From contig JAKMXF010000057.1 of NCBI GenBank assembly GCA_024704765.1, forward strand, positions 1-51,319: a stretch of DNA of 51,319 nt, read 5' to 3'. A program made the translations under genes and the position numbers. Positions 36,553 to 48,970 of the stretch are shown in pieces (the first letter of the stretch is position 1; each line of letters opens with the position of its first letter). Under the pieces are notes generated by a model, which was given only the letters and a program-made list of their open reading frames with translations, had not been told where the DNA came from and ran no database searches. The DNA comes from Oopsacas minuta (lineage: Eukaryota > Animalia > Porifera).

Positions 36553-39000
36553 TTATTGGATATTCACATTTGTCAAATTATATAGAGAACTTTTCATGAT
36601 CTTCTGAGCTTCTAAGGCAATATAACCTTCCCCTTTAGACTTTTCGATGATCACTGATTGTAATTTTGGTTCATATTTAGATATGATGGATAGCGTTTTA
36701 ATCGCTTGTAATTTTACAGTTGTACTAGAATCAATTTCAAGAATTTCTAGCAATCTTTGTATTGAGTTTGGACTCGTTTCTTGGAGACTACCTAGCGACT
36801 TGATAGCTCTTAATCGAATTAGATCATTATTATCATCTAATTTCGATGTAATCTCACTAATTATGTCCGATAACATTCCAATATTAAATATAGTTTGTTT
36901 TATTTGTTCTCTCACGAATCTTGAAGGATCCTCCCATAGTAATCTAGATAATAGGGAATAACAATAGTGACGTGAAGTTAAACTCCAATCATTAGGTTGA
37001 ATTGAACAAAGAAGCTTCGCTACTTCTAAACGGTCATGTTCACTATCAGAAAGTAATCTAGATAGGATAAAAATGATTATTTCTTCGTTAAGATCCATGT
37101 GTTTGACAAAATATGTGCATAAGATAACACAATAATCTTTGAAAGTATTAGACAAAAATACTGTTAATAGAACTTCCTTACTCGCCAAAGAGGGGAAATA
37201 ATATGTAAGAAGTAATAATGATTCTATAATAATTCCGTCACAACTAGCATTGGAAAACTTGCTTAGATGAATTTTGAAACTCTCGAGAATAGATGATGAT
37301 TTAACATTAAATATGGGCAAATATAAACGGAAGCTTTGGAGGAGATCCAAATGGATTGTCCAATTGTCTAATTCAAATACCCCAAGTGAGAAAAGCAAAA
37401 TTTCATCGTGTACTTGGCATAAAGAAAGTAATATTTTCATAGCTTCATATCGAACTCGCAAATCGGAGTTGTATCTGAATAGGTTAAAAATAGGGATAAT
37501 GAAAGAAGGGATGTAATTCGGCATTTTATGGAGAAGTGATAATATTGCTATAAGAGAATTCGAGGTAGTAACAGGAGAGGCTAATTCTTGTAAGTAAGTA
37601 ATTATAAATTTATCTTTAATTTCAGATTTGAATTCAGTTAAGGAGTTCTGCCTTATCTTGGAATGCATTATCTTAATTTTATTGTTAGAACAACTAGGAT
37701 AAAAGCTTGTTGATTTAGAAGAAACAAGTTTTGTTACATTTGTATCATTTTGTGAGATTATAGGGGCACAAGTTTGAAGTACTGATGAATATGCTATTTT
37801 GGGATAAAGATGGTCATTTAAGAAAGTGCTTCGGGTAGCCATAAATGTTGAATAAATCGCGCAATGAGGCTTTACAAATGTGCAATTATCTAGGGTATGG
37901 TTCAGATATCTTCTTCTCAAATTGCTCAACTTAATATAATGTGGATTCTCATTTTCTGTGTAATGAGATATACCTGAACAATTAATTTCTTGAAAATTCT
38001 TTCGTTCTTTTTGTTGTTTCTGAATATACAATTCATCATAACAACGTAAATTTGTAGAAATAGTGCTATGACAATCCTCCTTATCTAAATCATTCGGAGT
38101 AATCAAATTATTAGAAATTACAGAATCCATGTCTTGTATATGAATAGTTTTGTCAACACTTGAAGCGCGAGAAACACCAGCAAAGTCATTATCAATTGAA
38201 CAATTCTCAGTTGGTAGTAGAATTGCCATGATGCTTGAATTTGAATTTGTGAGAGAATTATTCAAAGAATTTTGATTTGATATCGAGGAAATACTACCAC
38301 TTATGTTGATTTGGCTTATTAGAGAAGAAGGTTTAAGAATATTTAAATTCGGAGAAGACTCTAACGTCATTTGTGAACTAGACAACTGATTCCTCATAAA
38401 AGTTATATCCTGCTCTGTTGCCGTAATGACAGTGTCATCAAATTTCTTATCGTAGTATTTTTCTGAGTACAATAAATTATTTAAAGAATGCCAATGTGGT
38501 AAATTTGATCTTTTTGTTGAGCCAATGTAATCACCCATAACATTTCTATTGAATTCATTTGAGGTATTAGCCAAACATTTACTAGGTTTAGGTTGGTAAT
38601 TTTTATCTCTTCTTAATCTAGCACCAGCACGATCTCTACGCTGTAGCAACTTCCCTAACCGTTCTTCGATCCAGCTCGAACGATTTTGGACACATTTAAT
38701 ATTGATATTTTCCCTGATAGCATTCTCAAATTTTCTTTTGGTACAAAATAATTCGTTATATATCTTCAAAGCAACTTGATAAGATATTATAAGTTCATTC
38801 ACTCGATTTCTAATTGATTCTAATTTGCTCCAAAACAAATCTTGGCTGTCAATACCTTTAAGATCTAAGATAACTTCTTCCATTGCTTCTTGAAGATATC
38901 TTAACTTCTGGTAATGTCCGTTTAGTAATATTTCCAATCTAGGAGATAAATATGGGAAAATCTTCGGATTTCTAGAAATCATCTCAAACTCAGATACCAA
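36553..39000 (-). CDS. HEAT/ARM-repeat protein (~810 aa; C-terminal HEAT repeats, possibly HEATR4-like)
   Basis: An uninterrupted 815-codon ORF in AT-rich DNA. The N-terminus is coiled-coil-like and the middle is low-complexity. C-terminal HEAT-like units include SDLRVRYEAMKIL, LLWEDPSRFVREQI, DDNNDLIRLRAIKSLGSL and DSSTTVKLQAIKTL. The first ATG is at 38982, and a 5' exon may lie upstream. Confidence 0.75.
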   Translation of the reverse strand: MVSEFEMISRNPKIFPYLSPRLEILLNGHYQKLRYLQEAMEEVILDLKGIDSQDLFWSKLESIRNRVNELIISYQVALKIYNELFCTKRKFENAIRENINIKCVQNRSSWIEERLGKLLQRRDRAGARLRRDKNYQPKPSKCLANTSNEFNRNVMGDYIGSTKRSNLPHWHSLNNLLYSEKYYDKKFDDTVITATEQDITFMRNQLSSSQMTLESSPNLNILKPSSLISQINISGSISSISNQNSLNNSLTNSNSSIMAILLPTENCSIDNDFAGVSRASSVDKTIHIQDMDSVISNNLITPNDLDKEDCHSTISTNLRCYDELYIQKQQKERKNFQEINCSGISHYTENENPHYIKLSNLRRRYLNHTLDNCTFVKPHCAIYSTFMATRSTFLNDHLYPKIAYSSVLQTCAPIISQNDTNVTKLVSSKSTSFYPSCSNNKIKIMHSKIRQNSLTEFKSEIKDKFIITYLQELASPVTTSNSLIAILSLLHKMPNYIPSFIIPIFNLFRYNSDLRVRYEAMKILLSLCQVHDEILLFSLGVFELDNWTIHLDLLQSFRLYLPIFNVKSSSILESFKIHLSKFSNASCDGIIIESLLLLTYYFPSLASKEVLLTVFLSNTFKDYCVILCTYFVKHMDLNEEIIIFILSRLLSDSEHDRLEVAKLLCSIQPNDWSLTSRHYCYSLLSRLLWEDPSRFVREQIKQTIFNIGMLSDIISEITSKLDDNNDLIRLRAIKSLGSLQETSPNSIQRLLEILEIDSSTTVKLQAIKTLSIISKYEPKLQSVIIEKSKGEGYIALEAQKIMKSSLYNLTNVNIQ

Positions 39001-39256
39001 ACAAACTAATACAATTGTAAATTTACAATGCTAACGAAGTTATATATACCAAGAATATAGTCCATAGTTATGGAAAATTCTTATTAGATATTATATTTAC
39101 ACCACATATATTGAGGCTGTATTTTCCCTAATAATTTATGAACAGAGCATTAAAATACACTCAGGCCCATACAGGGCCTGCTTTATGATAGCGTATCATG
39201 TACTGTTTAGAAGATATTTGTGAAATTAGTTTGGTTCAGGACTAAACTTAAATATA

Positions 39257-39423
39257 TAGTGGAACTTCGTTAAAACGAACACCAACGGACGGTCAAAATT
39301 TGTTCGTATTAACCGGAGTAAGATCAATTGAATAACCATTATGGGGACCTGATTTTGTAGAATTTTTGTTCGTCTTATCCTGAAATTCATATTAACCGTG
39401 TTCGTATTAACGAGAGTCAACAG
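39257..39423. mobile_element. Degenerate pogo/Tigger-like MITE
   Basis: TA-flanked imperfect TIRs: TAGTGGAACTTCGTTAAAACGAACAC vs reverse complement CTGTTGACTCTCGTTAATACGAACAC. Confidence 0.6.
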
Positions 39424-39885
39424 TATGTAGCACATTTGGACCTTTTCAACAATATAATCTAAACAGTACACGATTAGGGTTATCAGATTTTGAATTGCTT
39501 AAACCGCACAATTCAACTTGTATACTCTATAATACAATTACAGTACAAGCACCTTTAACGCAAATGTCAGATGTTAAATGTGGAAATATATAGATCATGG
39601 TAAAACGGGGTATTATGTTTGGGCCTTGCCTAGCATGACCAGAAGTACAAAAGCCACAGCAAAGGCCAATATAGTATATGTGATTATGTGTACAACATCA
39701 AATGGTCGGTGATTACTTGTCAAATATGGTTGAATAGTGAAATTCTAAATTGGTGTACTCAATTTATCTTTTCTACGCAAGAGTAAAGTAAATGCATTTA
39801 AGAAGAATTCATAGTTTACTTATCTTCAAGTAATATTTAGAATTGCATCTTGCCGCATTTGGAAGTGTTTATGATAAATAATATA

Positions 39886-41198
39886 CAGGGTGGCTCCAAA
39901 GTTCTGATACAAAATCATGATTAATATACAACCATTATCAGGAAGTATTCTCAATGGTTTGCTCTCCCATGACATACCTTATACGCTTCCTAACAAATAT
40001 TATTTCAATTTAGTGTATTCTATTTCGAAAAAAATTGTGATTGACCATGGAATCTGAGAGGTCAGCAATTATTGAGTTGCATATGGCGGGGAAAAGTCCA
40101 TCAGAAATTTTGAAACTGCTGAATATTGCAAAAAGGACGCAAGGCATTTATCTACAGGACGATAAATCGATATAAGGAAACTGAGGACACTGTAGACAAG
40201 CCGAGATCTGGTCGTCCATGCTCTGTAACGACCTCAGCTCTCAAGAAAGTGGTGCGAGAACGGATTCGGCGGAACCCACACCATTCGATGAGGAAAATGG
40301 CCTTGGAGCTCAATATATCTCGCCGAGCAATACAAAAGGTTGTCAAAAGGGACCTAGGAATGCGCTCTTTTAAACGCAAAAAGGTACAATTCCTATCTGG
40401 GTCGGTGAAAGAAAAGAGAGTGTCCCGGAGCAAGAGCCTACTTGCTCTACACGCTATTGGAGTTCTCGAAAATACAATTTTCTCAGATGAGAAAATTTTC
40501 ACCATTGAAGAGGCTACAAATAGCCAAAACAACAGAGTCATCTCGACCTCAGTTTCAGCGATCCCTGATAAGTTCAGATATATCAGTCGGATGAAGAAAC
40601 CACTGTCGGTGATGGTTTGGGCTGGGGTCTCTGCTGTTGGTCGGACACCACTGATTTTCATCCCCCCAGGAGTGAAAATCAATGCCAAAACATACCAAGA
40701 GCTTGTATTAGAGCCTGTGGTAAAAGGTCTGAGCCAGACCATGTTTTCTGGACAGCAATTTGTCTTCCAACAAGATGGTGCTCCCGCCCATACGGCCAAT
40801 ACGACCCAAGATTGGCTGAAGCACAATATTCCCAATTTTATACATAAGGATGAATGGCCACCATACAGTCCCGATTTAAATCCCATGGACTATTCTGTAT
40901 GGTATATCTTGGAAAACAAGGCTTGTTCTGTGTCACACAACACAGTTAACTCTCTAAAGATTTCCTTGTGTCGAGAATGGGAGAAGATGCCCCAAGAAAC
41001 TCTGCGTGCCGCAGTAGAAGGATTCCCGAACAGACTCAGGGCTGTCATTTCCAAAAAGGGTGGTTATATTGAATAAATGACTAGGCAATCTCTTCCTAAT
41101 AGTATGTATTAATTATATATAGAGAATCAATAATGTAGGTCATGCTGAATAAATATTATAGACAAAATGGTTTGTATCAGAACTTTGGAGCCACCCTG
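39886..41198 (+). mobile_element. DD37D (maT-type) transposon, 1313 bp, copy 2
   Basis: Same TIRs and TA TSD as 23712-25024. Only about a dozen differences by eye. Confidence 0.96.
40047..41076 (+). CDS. DD37D transposase, same +1 N-terminal frame break as copy 1
   Basis: ATG 40047 vs ORF 40126 is an offset of 79 nt (+1 frame). The catalytic triad is intact. Confidence 0.9.
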
Positions 41199-41519
41199 TA
41201 TGTATAAAATTCTTTGCATGAGGGAAGAGTTCAGCTCTAGCCATATCAGTATTTAGACGATTTCTCTGTTCAGCCCAAAGATTTTCATTAAACTGAAAAT
41301 TAATTCCACATATTACTTACTGGAACTATGATTGAAAATTCTACAAATTTTAGAATATTGGGACGGTAAGTGAAAGAAAATTAATTCACCCACTGTTGGT
41401 CGATGGACTTTTAACATTATATGAGTTAGGAGCATGTGCTAATCCAGTATTTTGAAAATATATATTAAAGGACAGAATAAGTCAAAACACATTTTCCATT
41501 GTCGAATTAGCACATAGAT

Positions 41520-42293
41520 CAGGGGTTTTCAACCTTTTTCACCTTACGCCCCCACTTATAGATGTGGGAATACTCACGACCCACCTAATAACGAAACGAA
41601 ATTTTTTATTAGAGTTTGTACTTAATATGACATACAATCACACACACATAATTATGAATGAAATTTTCATTTATATGCTTAATGTCAAGGTTGAAACTGT
41701 TTTCTTTTTTTAACAAGTTGAGAAATTCTTGGCTCAGTTTAGAAAGACAGCATCTCAAATCATGTTCAACAATTTTAAATGGCCTTCGGAGTAAGTTCGC
41801 GTTTTAATGTTGCTTTTCCAGCCATCTTAACAGTTGCTTTTGAAAGCTGGATTTCGTAAAATTGAGTACTAAGATAAAATGAGAAATGTCAAGGGATATA
41901 CGTAAACAAAATATACCTAATTGGAGTATTTATAGACTTAACTTGTGAAATATCCATGTATAGTCAGTATGGAAATGATTCCTAATGTTTTCTATTGTTG
42001 AAATTAAGTCTAGCCACCTCAAGTTCCAATGCTATGATGCCAGTATCGTCATGAAATGCAATACTAATGTCATATATACGTAAGTACAACCATTGTACAT
42101 GCGGTGAAAGCACATTGCGCGTATATAGCATGTACATTGCACATAGCAATGCACACGCAATAGACTGACAATGCATTTGAATTCATCTAAAAGTTGATAA
42201 TTTAAACAATTTTTGACTTGTTAATCGGTAAATATTAATGGTGTTATGTAAATTATCTGAACTTTTTGCGAACGCCTAGGTTGAGAACCCCTA
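41520..42293 (-). mobile_element. Non-autonomous hAT element, Buster/Charlie-like
   Basis: TIRs are (C/T)AGGGGTT(T/C)TCAACCT with TSD ACATAGAT/ACTTAGAT (7/8). The minus strand at ~41690-41780 encodes VEHDLRCCLSKL..., like the Buster/Charlie transposase C-terminus. Confidence 0.85.
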
Positions 42294-42519
42294 ACTTAGA
42301 TAGGCAAAAAATTTAAAATTACAACCTGTGGAGACATCTTAGTTTATTAATTAAATTTATTTAAAGTGTCATTAATAATTGGAACCAGTATGGGTATTTG
42401 CTTAAAATAAACATTGTATTGTGCCTCCAATTACTAGTACCACTTTACTAAATGAATTAATAGGCTAAGTTGTCGGTAAATGTTGTAATTTTAGAATTAT
42501 TGTTCACTACGCTCGCAGT

Positions 42520-43145
42520 TTATTGCAAACTAGCGCGCTTCGGTAGCTAGGTCGCTGCACAATAGCTTAGTGCTACAGGAAAGCATAAGTAACAAAAAAC
42601 TAAATATTAAAGTGTAAGTGGTCGCTAATCGAAGAATAGTCAAATTTTAAGATTTTTTATCCATGGTTCATCCAAATTACATTCAATGGCCTTCTATGGT
42701 GACACTAGAGATGCTATGTCGCTTTTGGTTAGTAATCTCGGCACTTCGTCCCTCGGGTATTAAAAAATTTTGAAAATTTTGATTTTTTGTAAAGTCATGT
42801 TGACGTAATAATCCTATTAGTTAGCTTTTGGTCACAATCATGACATCAGGAAATTGTCACATTGAGGGGTTACTGTGACTAAATTTCAAACTCCTATCAT
42901 GTATATTGGCTGAGCAGTGATGAATAATGTGATTTTTCGAAAATCCAAAAAGGTGACAATGAAGTCATAATTTCGTCATAGGGTTGAATTTCGTCCAAGA
43001 CTCCAAATTGTCTGGGACTGGCCCAAGATACCCCAGTATGCCAAAATCAGCCCTGGGGGTTTTCAGTTTCTTTAATCGATTCAGGATACACAAACGTATA
43101 TATATATATTACACATACACAGATACCATAGATTAATCGGGTTTA
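42520..43145. repeat. Possible Helitron/Helentron-derived non-autonomous repeat
   Basis: An ACTAGCGCGCTTCG-like start, a GGCACTTCGTCCCTCGGG stem, and a (TA)n/ACATACACAGA microsatellite-like 3' end. Recognised by pattern only. Confidence 0.3.
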
Positions 43146-43153
43146 ATAGTATA

Positions 43154-44499
43154 CAGGGTGTATCATATGTTTTGGCGGGTCAGTATAATGTAAATAGAAT
43201 TTTCCGTTATCGAGTATTTGTTCCAATTATTTACCAATATAACCATAACGACCATTCCTATCTAATATAAGTTGTATCCTAGCTGGCATACCACAAACTA
43301 AATTTCTAGAATATCAGGGTCTATGTCAGCCCATACGGATTTGACTCATAGAATTAAGTCTTCCGGCTTAGTAGCATTTGCCATTTTCCAACATAATTTT
43401 TCAATATTGACCAGAGGTTTTCATTCGGGTTAAATCTGGCGAGTTACCCGGCCACTCAACCTACCTCCAAAACCGAGGAAAGTGTTCTACACACCATCTC
43501 TATGTCAAGTTCGCAGTGTGAGGAGGAGCATCATCCTGCATGAATAGGAAATCAGACATGTCAGCAAGCATTGATCTCTCCAGAATAGGATCTGTATCTG
43601 CAGTTCTGTTTGTAGCATCACTACACGTCTTGGCTAAGATATTATCTCGATAGTAGGCTCCATTAATCGTTTGTTTCGGAGGAATGATGTGTAATTCTGA
43701 GAGAGCCCTGTGGACATCATATCCAAGACTTGGATTTTTGTGGGAAATTTCGTCTGAAAGATAGGTTCAATTGTATTTGAATTCCGAGCCCAGTTACGAT
43801 CGTTTTGACGATTTGACATGGAGAATACATGGAAAGGTGATTCATCTGACCACAACACCTTTTTCCAGCCACCAATTGTCCAATTTATGTGATCTTTAGC
43901 GAACTGGAGGCGTTTATCCTTCATTTTCTGTGTCAATCGAGATATTATAGGGCGTTTGAATGATTTTACTCCCAAAGAATTGGTCAAATAGCGATATAAC
44001 TTGAATGCGAGATTGAGTATCCCTTACCATTGAGAATACTTGCAAGTTTACGCGTTTACTTCCCCCTTTTCCCTAGAGATTTTGAGATGACTATCTTGCA
44101 GACCTATTTCATGGTTGGAATCCTACCAGGACGGAGTTTAGTATCTTGGTCTTTTCCATGTTTCTCGTTATGCCACCACCTTCGTATTGGCCTCAAACCG
44201 ACACCTAGCCTTGAAGCTACAATCTTCTGCTCAATTACAGTTTTCAACATGGCAATTGCTTCCAGGCGAATGGACAAGCCATGATCTTTGATATTCATAT
44301 TTCAAAAAGATAAAAGAAATACAAAAAATGAGTTTAAATACAAATCAAAGTGAAAGTATTTATAAAAAGGTGTATTTGTAATAGATAGGACTTAGTAGTT
44401 AAGTGTAAGACAAATATAAATCAATAATAAATTGTGGTCTGGCTAAATCAACTTTAAACATTATGAATTCACACCCGGCAAGACATATGATACACCCTG
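43154..44499 (-). mobile_element. Degenerate Tc1/mariner element, DD37E-like
   Basis: TIRs are CAGGGTGTATCATATGT(T/C)TTG(G/C)CGGGT with a TA TSD. Minus-strand remnants read VLWSDESPF, FMQDDAPPH and WPGNSPDL(N)PNENLW, with 37-residue spacing if a 1-bp deletion is restored. Confidence 0.88.
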
Positions 44500-45018
44500 T
44501 AGATTACTTAGCAAACATCATTAATTTGTCCAATTTTTCTAAATCTTGAAATTTGAATTTTTGTTATGTCATCATCATTATGGTGGGCAATGCGTCCGTC
44601 CTAACATATACTAAACTTCGTCAATTGCTAATACCAATCTGTCTATTATTTCTATCTCTTTGGGGTTATGAGCACTCTAGTTATCTTTGTCGCTGTTTAG
44701 TGTGCAATAATATACAAAATTTTGTGAATGTGTCGAAACAATCATGTTTAGTCTAATTTCTCGAAATCCTAGAATTAAATCTTTGCTTCGTCATCATCAC
44801 CTCCACTTTTGTGACGTCATCATTAGCAAAGTACTACCTAAGCTCTCATTATTGCGCTATTCGGGTTCCAAATTTACGTGGTGCCTATAATTATTCTTCC
44901 ATAGTAAATGTGTAGTAAGTTTGTTGAATTCTATTAATACCACTGTACAGTGTGTAACAAAAGTGTTGTCCCCTCCGATTTCTAGAAATATTTTTGAGTA
45001 ATATCTAGAAATTATCTA

Positions 45019-45204
45019 CAGTAGAACTCGGATAAGACGTACCCCCTCGGGAAACAGAGATTAGTACGTCTTAACCGAGTGTACGTCTTATCCGAATATG
45101 TTTGCATTACAAATAATGATGACTGATATTTTGGGATATAAGAAATAGTACGTCTTAACCGAGTGTACGTCTTAAGCCGAGTAAGTCTTATCCGAGTTCT
45201 ACTG
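45019..45204. mobile_element. pogo/Tigger-like MITE (186 bp) with iterated internal motif
   Basis: Perfect 20-bp TIR CAGTAGAACTCGGATAAGAC with TA TSD. The GTCTTA(A/T)CCGA motif is repeated about five times internally. Confidence 0.9.
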
Positions 45205-45309
45205 TATATTCATTTGTTCATGTAATCGCCCCCACTTCTAGAACCACGGACAACTAAATTACCCAGACGTGACAAAGCCAAACCAGAGTCAAAAATGCAT
45301 AGGCTGGAC

Positions 45310-45960
45310 CATAGCCTTCTCTATATAAGGTCTACTATTAACCCCGAATTTTTGGAATGAGATATAGTAGTGTACGGTAAATATTATATTAGTATACAGA
45401 ATGGTTTCATATCGCACAAACAGTACTTTTATACTAAAGTAAATGTATTACAGATATGTAAATATCATATCTCAAACCAACAAAGCGAAAGAATTATTAA
45501 AATGTGCTAATTTCTTTGCTAGTAAGCATATTTTGGAGAATATGGCCAATCTCTGATGAGCTGTAGAGCGTCAAATATCGCATCTTTGATTTCAAAGTTA
45601 ATGTACGAAATGATGTAAGATGCTTTGTAAAACATATTATAAAGCTTTATTGATGACTACACAATAATCCTTGTAGATCATATCAAAATGTATACAAGAG
45701 CATGGGAAATAGGGTATAAACTATAAATCGGCAATATTAAGTTTTGCTTTATCGTTAAGGGTTTTAGATGTATAAATGCATATTGACAAATATCACCATC
45801 CATGGCCACTATAGTAACTCAAAAACCTACCAACTTAATCAGAACAAATTTTTAATATGATTTACAAAAGTATTTTACATCATTTCATACATTAACTTTG
45901 AAATCCAAAATGGAAAATTTGACGTCCTACAGCTCATCAAAGATTGAACCATAGCATTCT
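45310..45960. mobile_element. Divergent, truncated relative of the P/Galileo-like foldback
   Basis: Begins CATAGCCTTCTCTATATAAGG (cf. CATAGCCTACTAAATATAAGG). It shares CTAGTAAGCAT, CATATCAAAATGTAT, CATCCATGG and AACTCAAAAAC motifs and has internal inverted arms. No TSD was recovered. Confidence 0.55.
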
Positions 45961-46079
45961 ATAGACTAAGGCAATGACACTCTATCGAAATTTGGACCAT
46001 GGATTGTCATTACCATCGGACTACTTTACATCATAACTTTTGTATTTCTTAATATATCAAAGTGATTTCAACATTTATG

Positions 46080-46080
46080 N
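46080..46080. other. Single N: probable assembly join/gap
   Basis: A transposase fragment starts abruptly after it. Confidence 0.8.
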
Positions 46081-46603
46081 AAAATCAACCAATCGGTTTA
46101 TCGGGAATCAATTCTTGAGAATGTTTTGAAGCCTTGGGCACGATCACATTTTGGAAACGACCTATGGGTATTCCAGCAAGATTCTGCCCCAGCTCACAAG
46201 GCTAAAGCCACTCAAAAGTGGTGCGAGACCAATTTTCCGGGGGTCATTTCTCCTGAAGAATGGCCACCTTGTTCGCCAGACCTTAACCCCCTCGACTTCT
46301 CTATATCCTCCATATTGGAGGAGAGGGTTAACGCTACACCCATCGTTCAGTTGAGGTTCTTAAGAGTACATTATTAAGAGAGTGGTCAAAGACTCCGGAT
46401 GAGCATGTGTGTGCCAGTGTAGACTCCTTCATCGTCTGTCTGAAGAGCTGCATTAAGGCAAAAGGCGATATATTTGAGTAATACCTTCTTAATTTTCAAC
46501 CCTATAGTATATCTAAACATAATTTAGAATATTGGGACGATCGCTCTAATAGTTTTTGTTTTCAGCCCTTTTATATTTGTAACAGTATTTATGTGTCACC
46601 CTG
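46081..46603 (+). mobile_element. 3' half of a second DD37D family
   Basis: FQQDSAPAH...WPPCSPDLNPLDF with 37-residue D-D spacing. The right end is TGTGTCACCCTG followed by TA. Confidence 0.85.
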
Positions 46604-48099
46604 TATACTATAATATAGTTGGATTTACGAATTGATGTTACTATTTTCAGTTTAAATTTTTCATTCATTAATCGCTTTTTCGAATATTTCTAACCTCTGT
46701 AGTTACAAGCTTGAAGTATAATGGACTTTGTAGATTGCTATCGTCCTTACTTTAAAAATAAGTATTTCAAGAATTTCACTGGAAGACCCAAGTCATTACC
46801 AGAAGAACCACAGAATATCGCCCAAAATGTAATCGACTTGTTGGGTCACACCTCAAAGTATTGAAACGTAAGTATTGATGCTCAATATATCCTATGATCA
46901 GTTTAGGATCGTTCGTTCGACACTACCTATCCTCCATTGAAAGCTCCTAAATTTAAGTAAGTAATTTTAATGTACGTATATGTTCAATAAACTTCGTTTA
47001 TAACTACATAGCTTGAACCAATTTAACACTAGTAACAAATAGGAAATTTACAAGATGTAATCTGACAGAGACTAGCTGCAAGTACTCATACAAAAATCTC
47101 CACAAGCTACATACCCATTTATCTCAAGTTTGGGAGAGACTCTGATTCATCTAACCGTCTCAATTTCTCACTTCTCAACTAACTCCCCCGTATAATAACC
47201 AAAGCTGAACTCTCAGATGCAGATTTAGCAGAGCATGAATTATTTACATTGATGCAAATGAATCACTTTCATTTGACTCTCCTATAATTGATAACGAATG
47301 AATAGAAATATTTTTCCATACTTAAAGTTGATAGGATGACTGCTATTCGAAATATCAAGGTTGGTCAGAAAGTTCAAAAGTAACATATGATCGCACAGTT
47401 GTACACAACATGTAAGCAATGACAAATTACATTCTTGTTGTGATGTAACATGTTTGAAAATTTCACACATCAATTCTTAATTCACTGAGTTGCATAATAA
47501 AGGTGTAAGTATGAAAAATCATACGGATATAGGATATACCTTGAATCGGAACTAGTATTCTTACCATCCAACCAACGAACTAAATTGTGAGGTTAAGGAG
47601 AATTTCGCTGTACCAGTTATTAAATGGTACACAAAGTATCGTTCCCCCAATCCAACTGAAAACCAGGGAGGGAAACGAAGAAATCTTGACTAATCAATCA
47701 CTGGTCTACCGATAATGATTGAGTTTATATTCCCAACATCATTGAAACACCAGAACCACCTATTTAAAATGCATCAGAATATATTCGTATTCTATGCATC
47801 CGATTTTACCATTGAAGAATCTTTGAACTAAAATTATCATCGTGTGTCACTATATACAACTAATTTCAATTGCTGCCAGTTACAATATGGGAACAAGTGG
47901 CACATGGTGCCAATGATTGTCAGTTATCAACAAAACTAATACTATTGGAAGTGAATGGTTCTGTAAATACATTTAAGTGTGTAGAATAGGAATCCTGAAA
48001 TCAAAATACAATCTAATAAAAAAAGATTTCACCGCTGCTAAGCATTACAGTTAGTTTATTACTATTTTCAATCCAATTATGTATATGTACAAACAACTT

Positions 48100-48770
48100 A
48101 ATTAGGAAAGTATAGTGTAAAAAGTATTGTCACTCATTTCAAGTTTCAGAAAATATTCACCAGAATATTATTCTATACAAAGCATTGATGCCTAGATTTC
48201 TAATAGAACATATTGGAAGTGAACAGCTGAAATAGACAAACGTTACACAGTAAATACCAAACGTATACAAACAGAATTGTGAAATTATACAATCCAAAAT
48301 ATTGCACGTCTATTTCTCATGTCAGAACGTAATCACCAGAATATTGATCTCTAGAAAGCATTTCACTCTATTTCTCATCGAAACAAATTGGAAGTGAACA
48401 GCAAAACTATACAAAATTTCACATTCAATTGTAAATTTCACCACACGTAATTGTGAAAGTATACAATACGAAAAATTGTAACTCATTTTCAAATATCAGA
48501 GGATATTCACTGGAATATTGTTCTATCACAGCATTTCACTCAATTTCTCAGCGAAACAAAATGGAAGTGAAAAACTAAACTATACAAACATTTCACATTC
48601 AATTTCAAATTGCACCACACATAATTGTGAAAGTATACAATACCAAATATTGGACCTTAATTTCAAATGTCAATGCATAATCACTGGAATATTGTTCTCT
48701 ATAGAGCAATTCGCTCAATTTCTCATTGAAACAAATGGAAACGAAAAACTAAATTATACAATAGGCGGGA
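48100..48770. repeat. Diverged tandem array, 174-bp period, about 3.8 units
   Basis: AATTGTGAAA.TATACAAT recurs at 48275, 48449 and 48623, with a weaker copy at 48100. Units share (A)TTGGAAGTGAA and GAATATTG.TCT motifs. Confidence 0.85.
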
Positions 48771-48970
48771 TCGAGAAAAGTATAAATCGTTGCTTCAACT
48801 TTTACCTAAGGGAAAAGTTGCCTTTACTATTTTCTAGGAAAATGCGAGACATAATTTCAAAGAATATTTCGATTTGACCCTTGCGGTTTTATATTTCTGC
48901 TATATCGCTTTCGCAAAATTGATTCTATATTGTCCGAATTTTCAAATTCCTTTGACTTAGCCCCTTTATA

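Noticed and set aside
46720-47300. Exon-like stretches with short open frames and GTAAGT sites
   Set aside because: They contain stops and no recognisable motif, so a product cannot be supported.
48518-48877. 119-aa ORF over the 174-bp repeats as a 58-aa repeat protein
   Set aside because: The frame is not maintained across neighbouring units, and the start is a non-ATG call.
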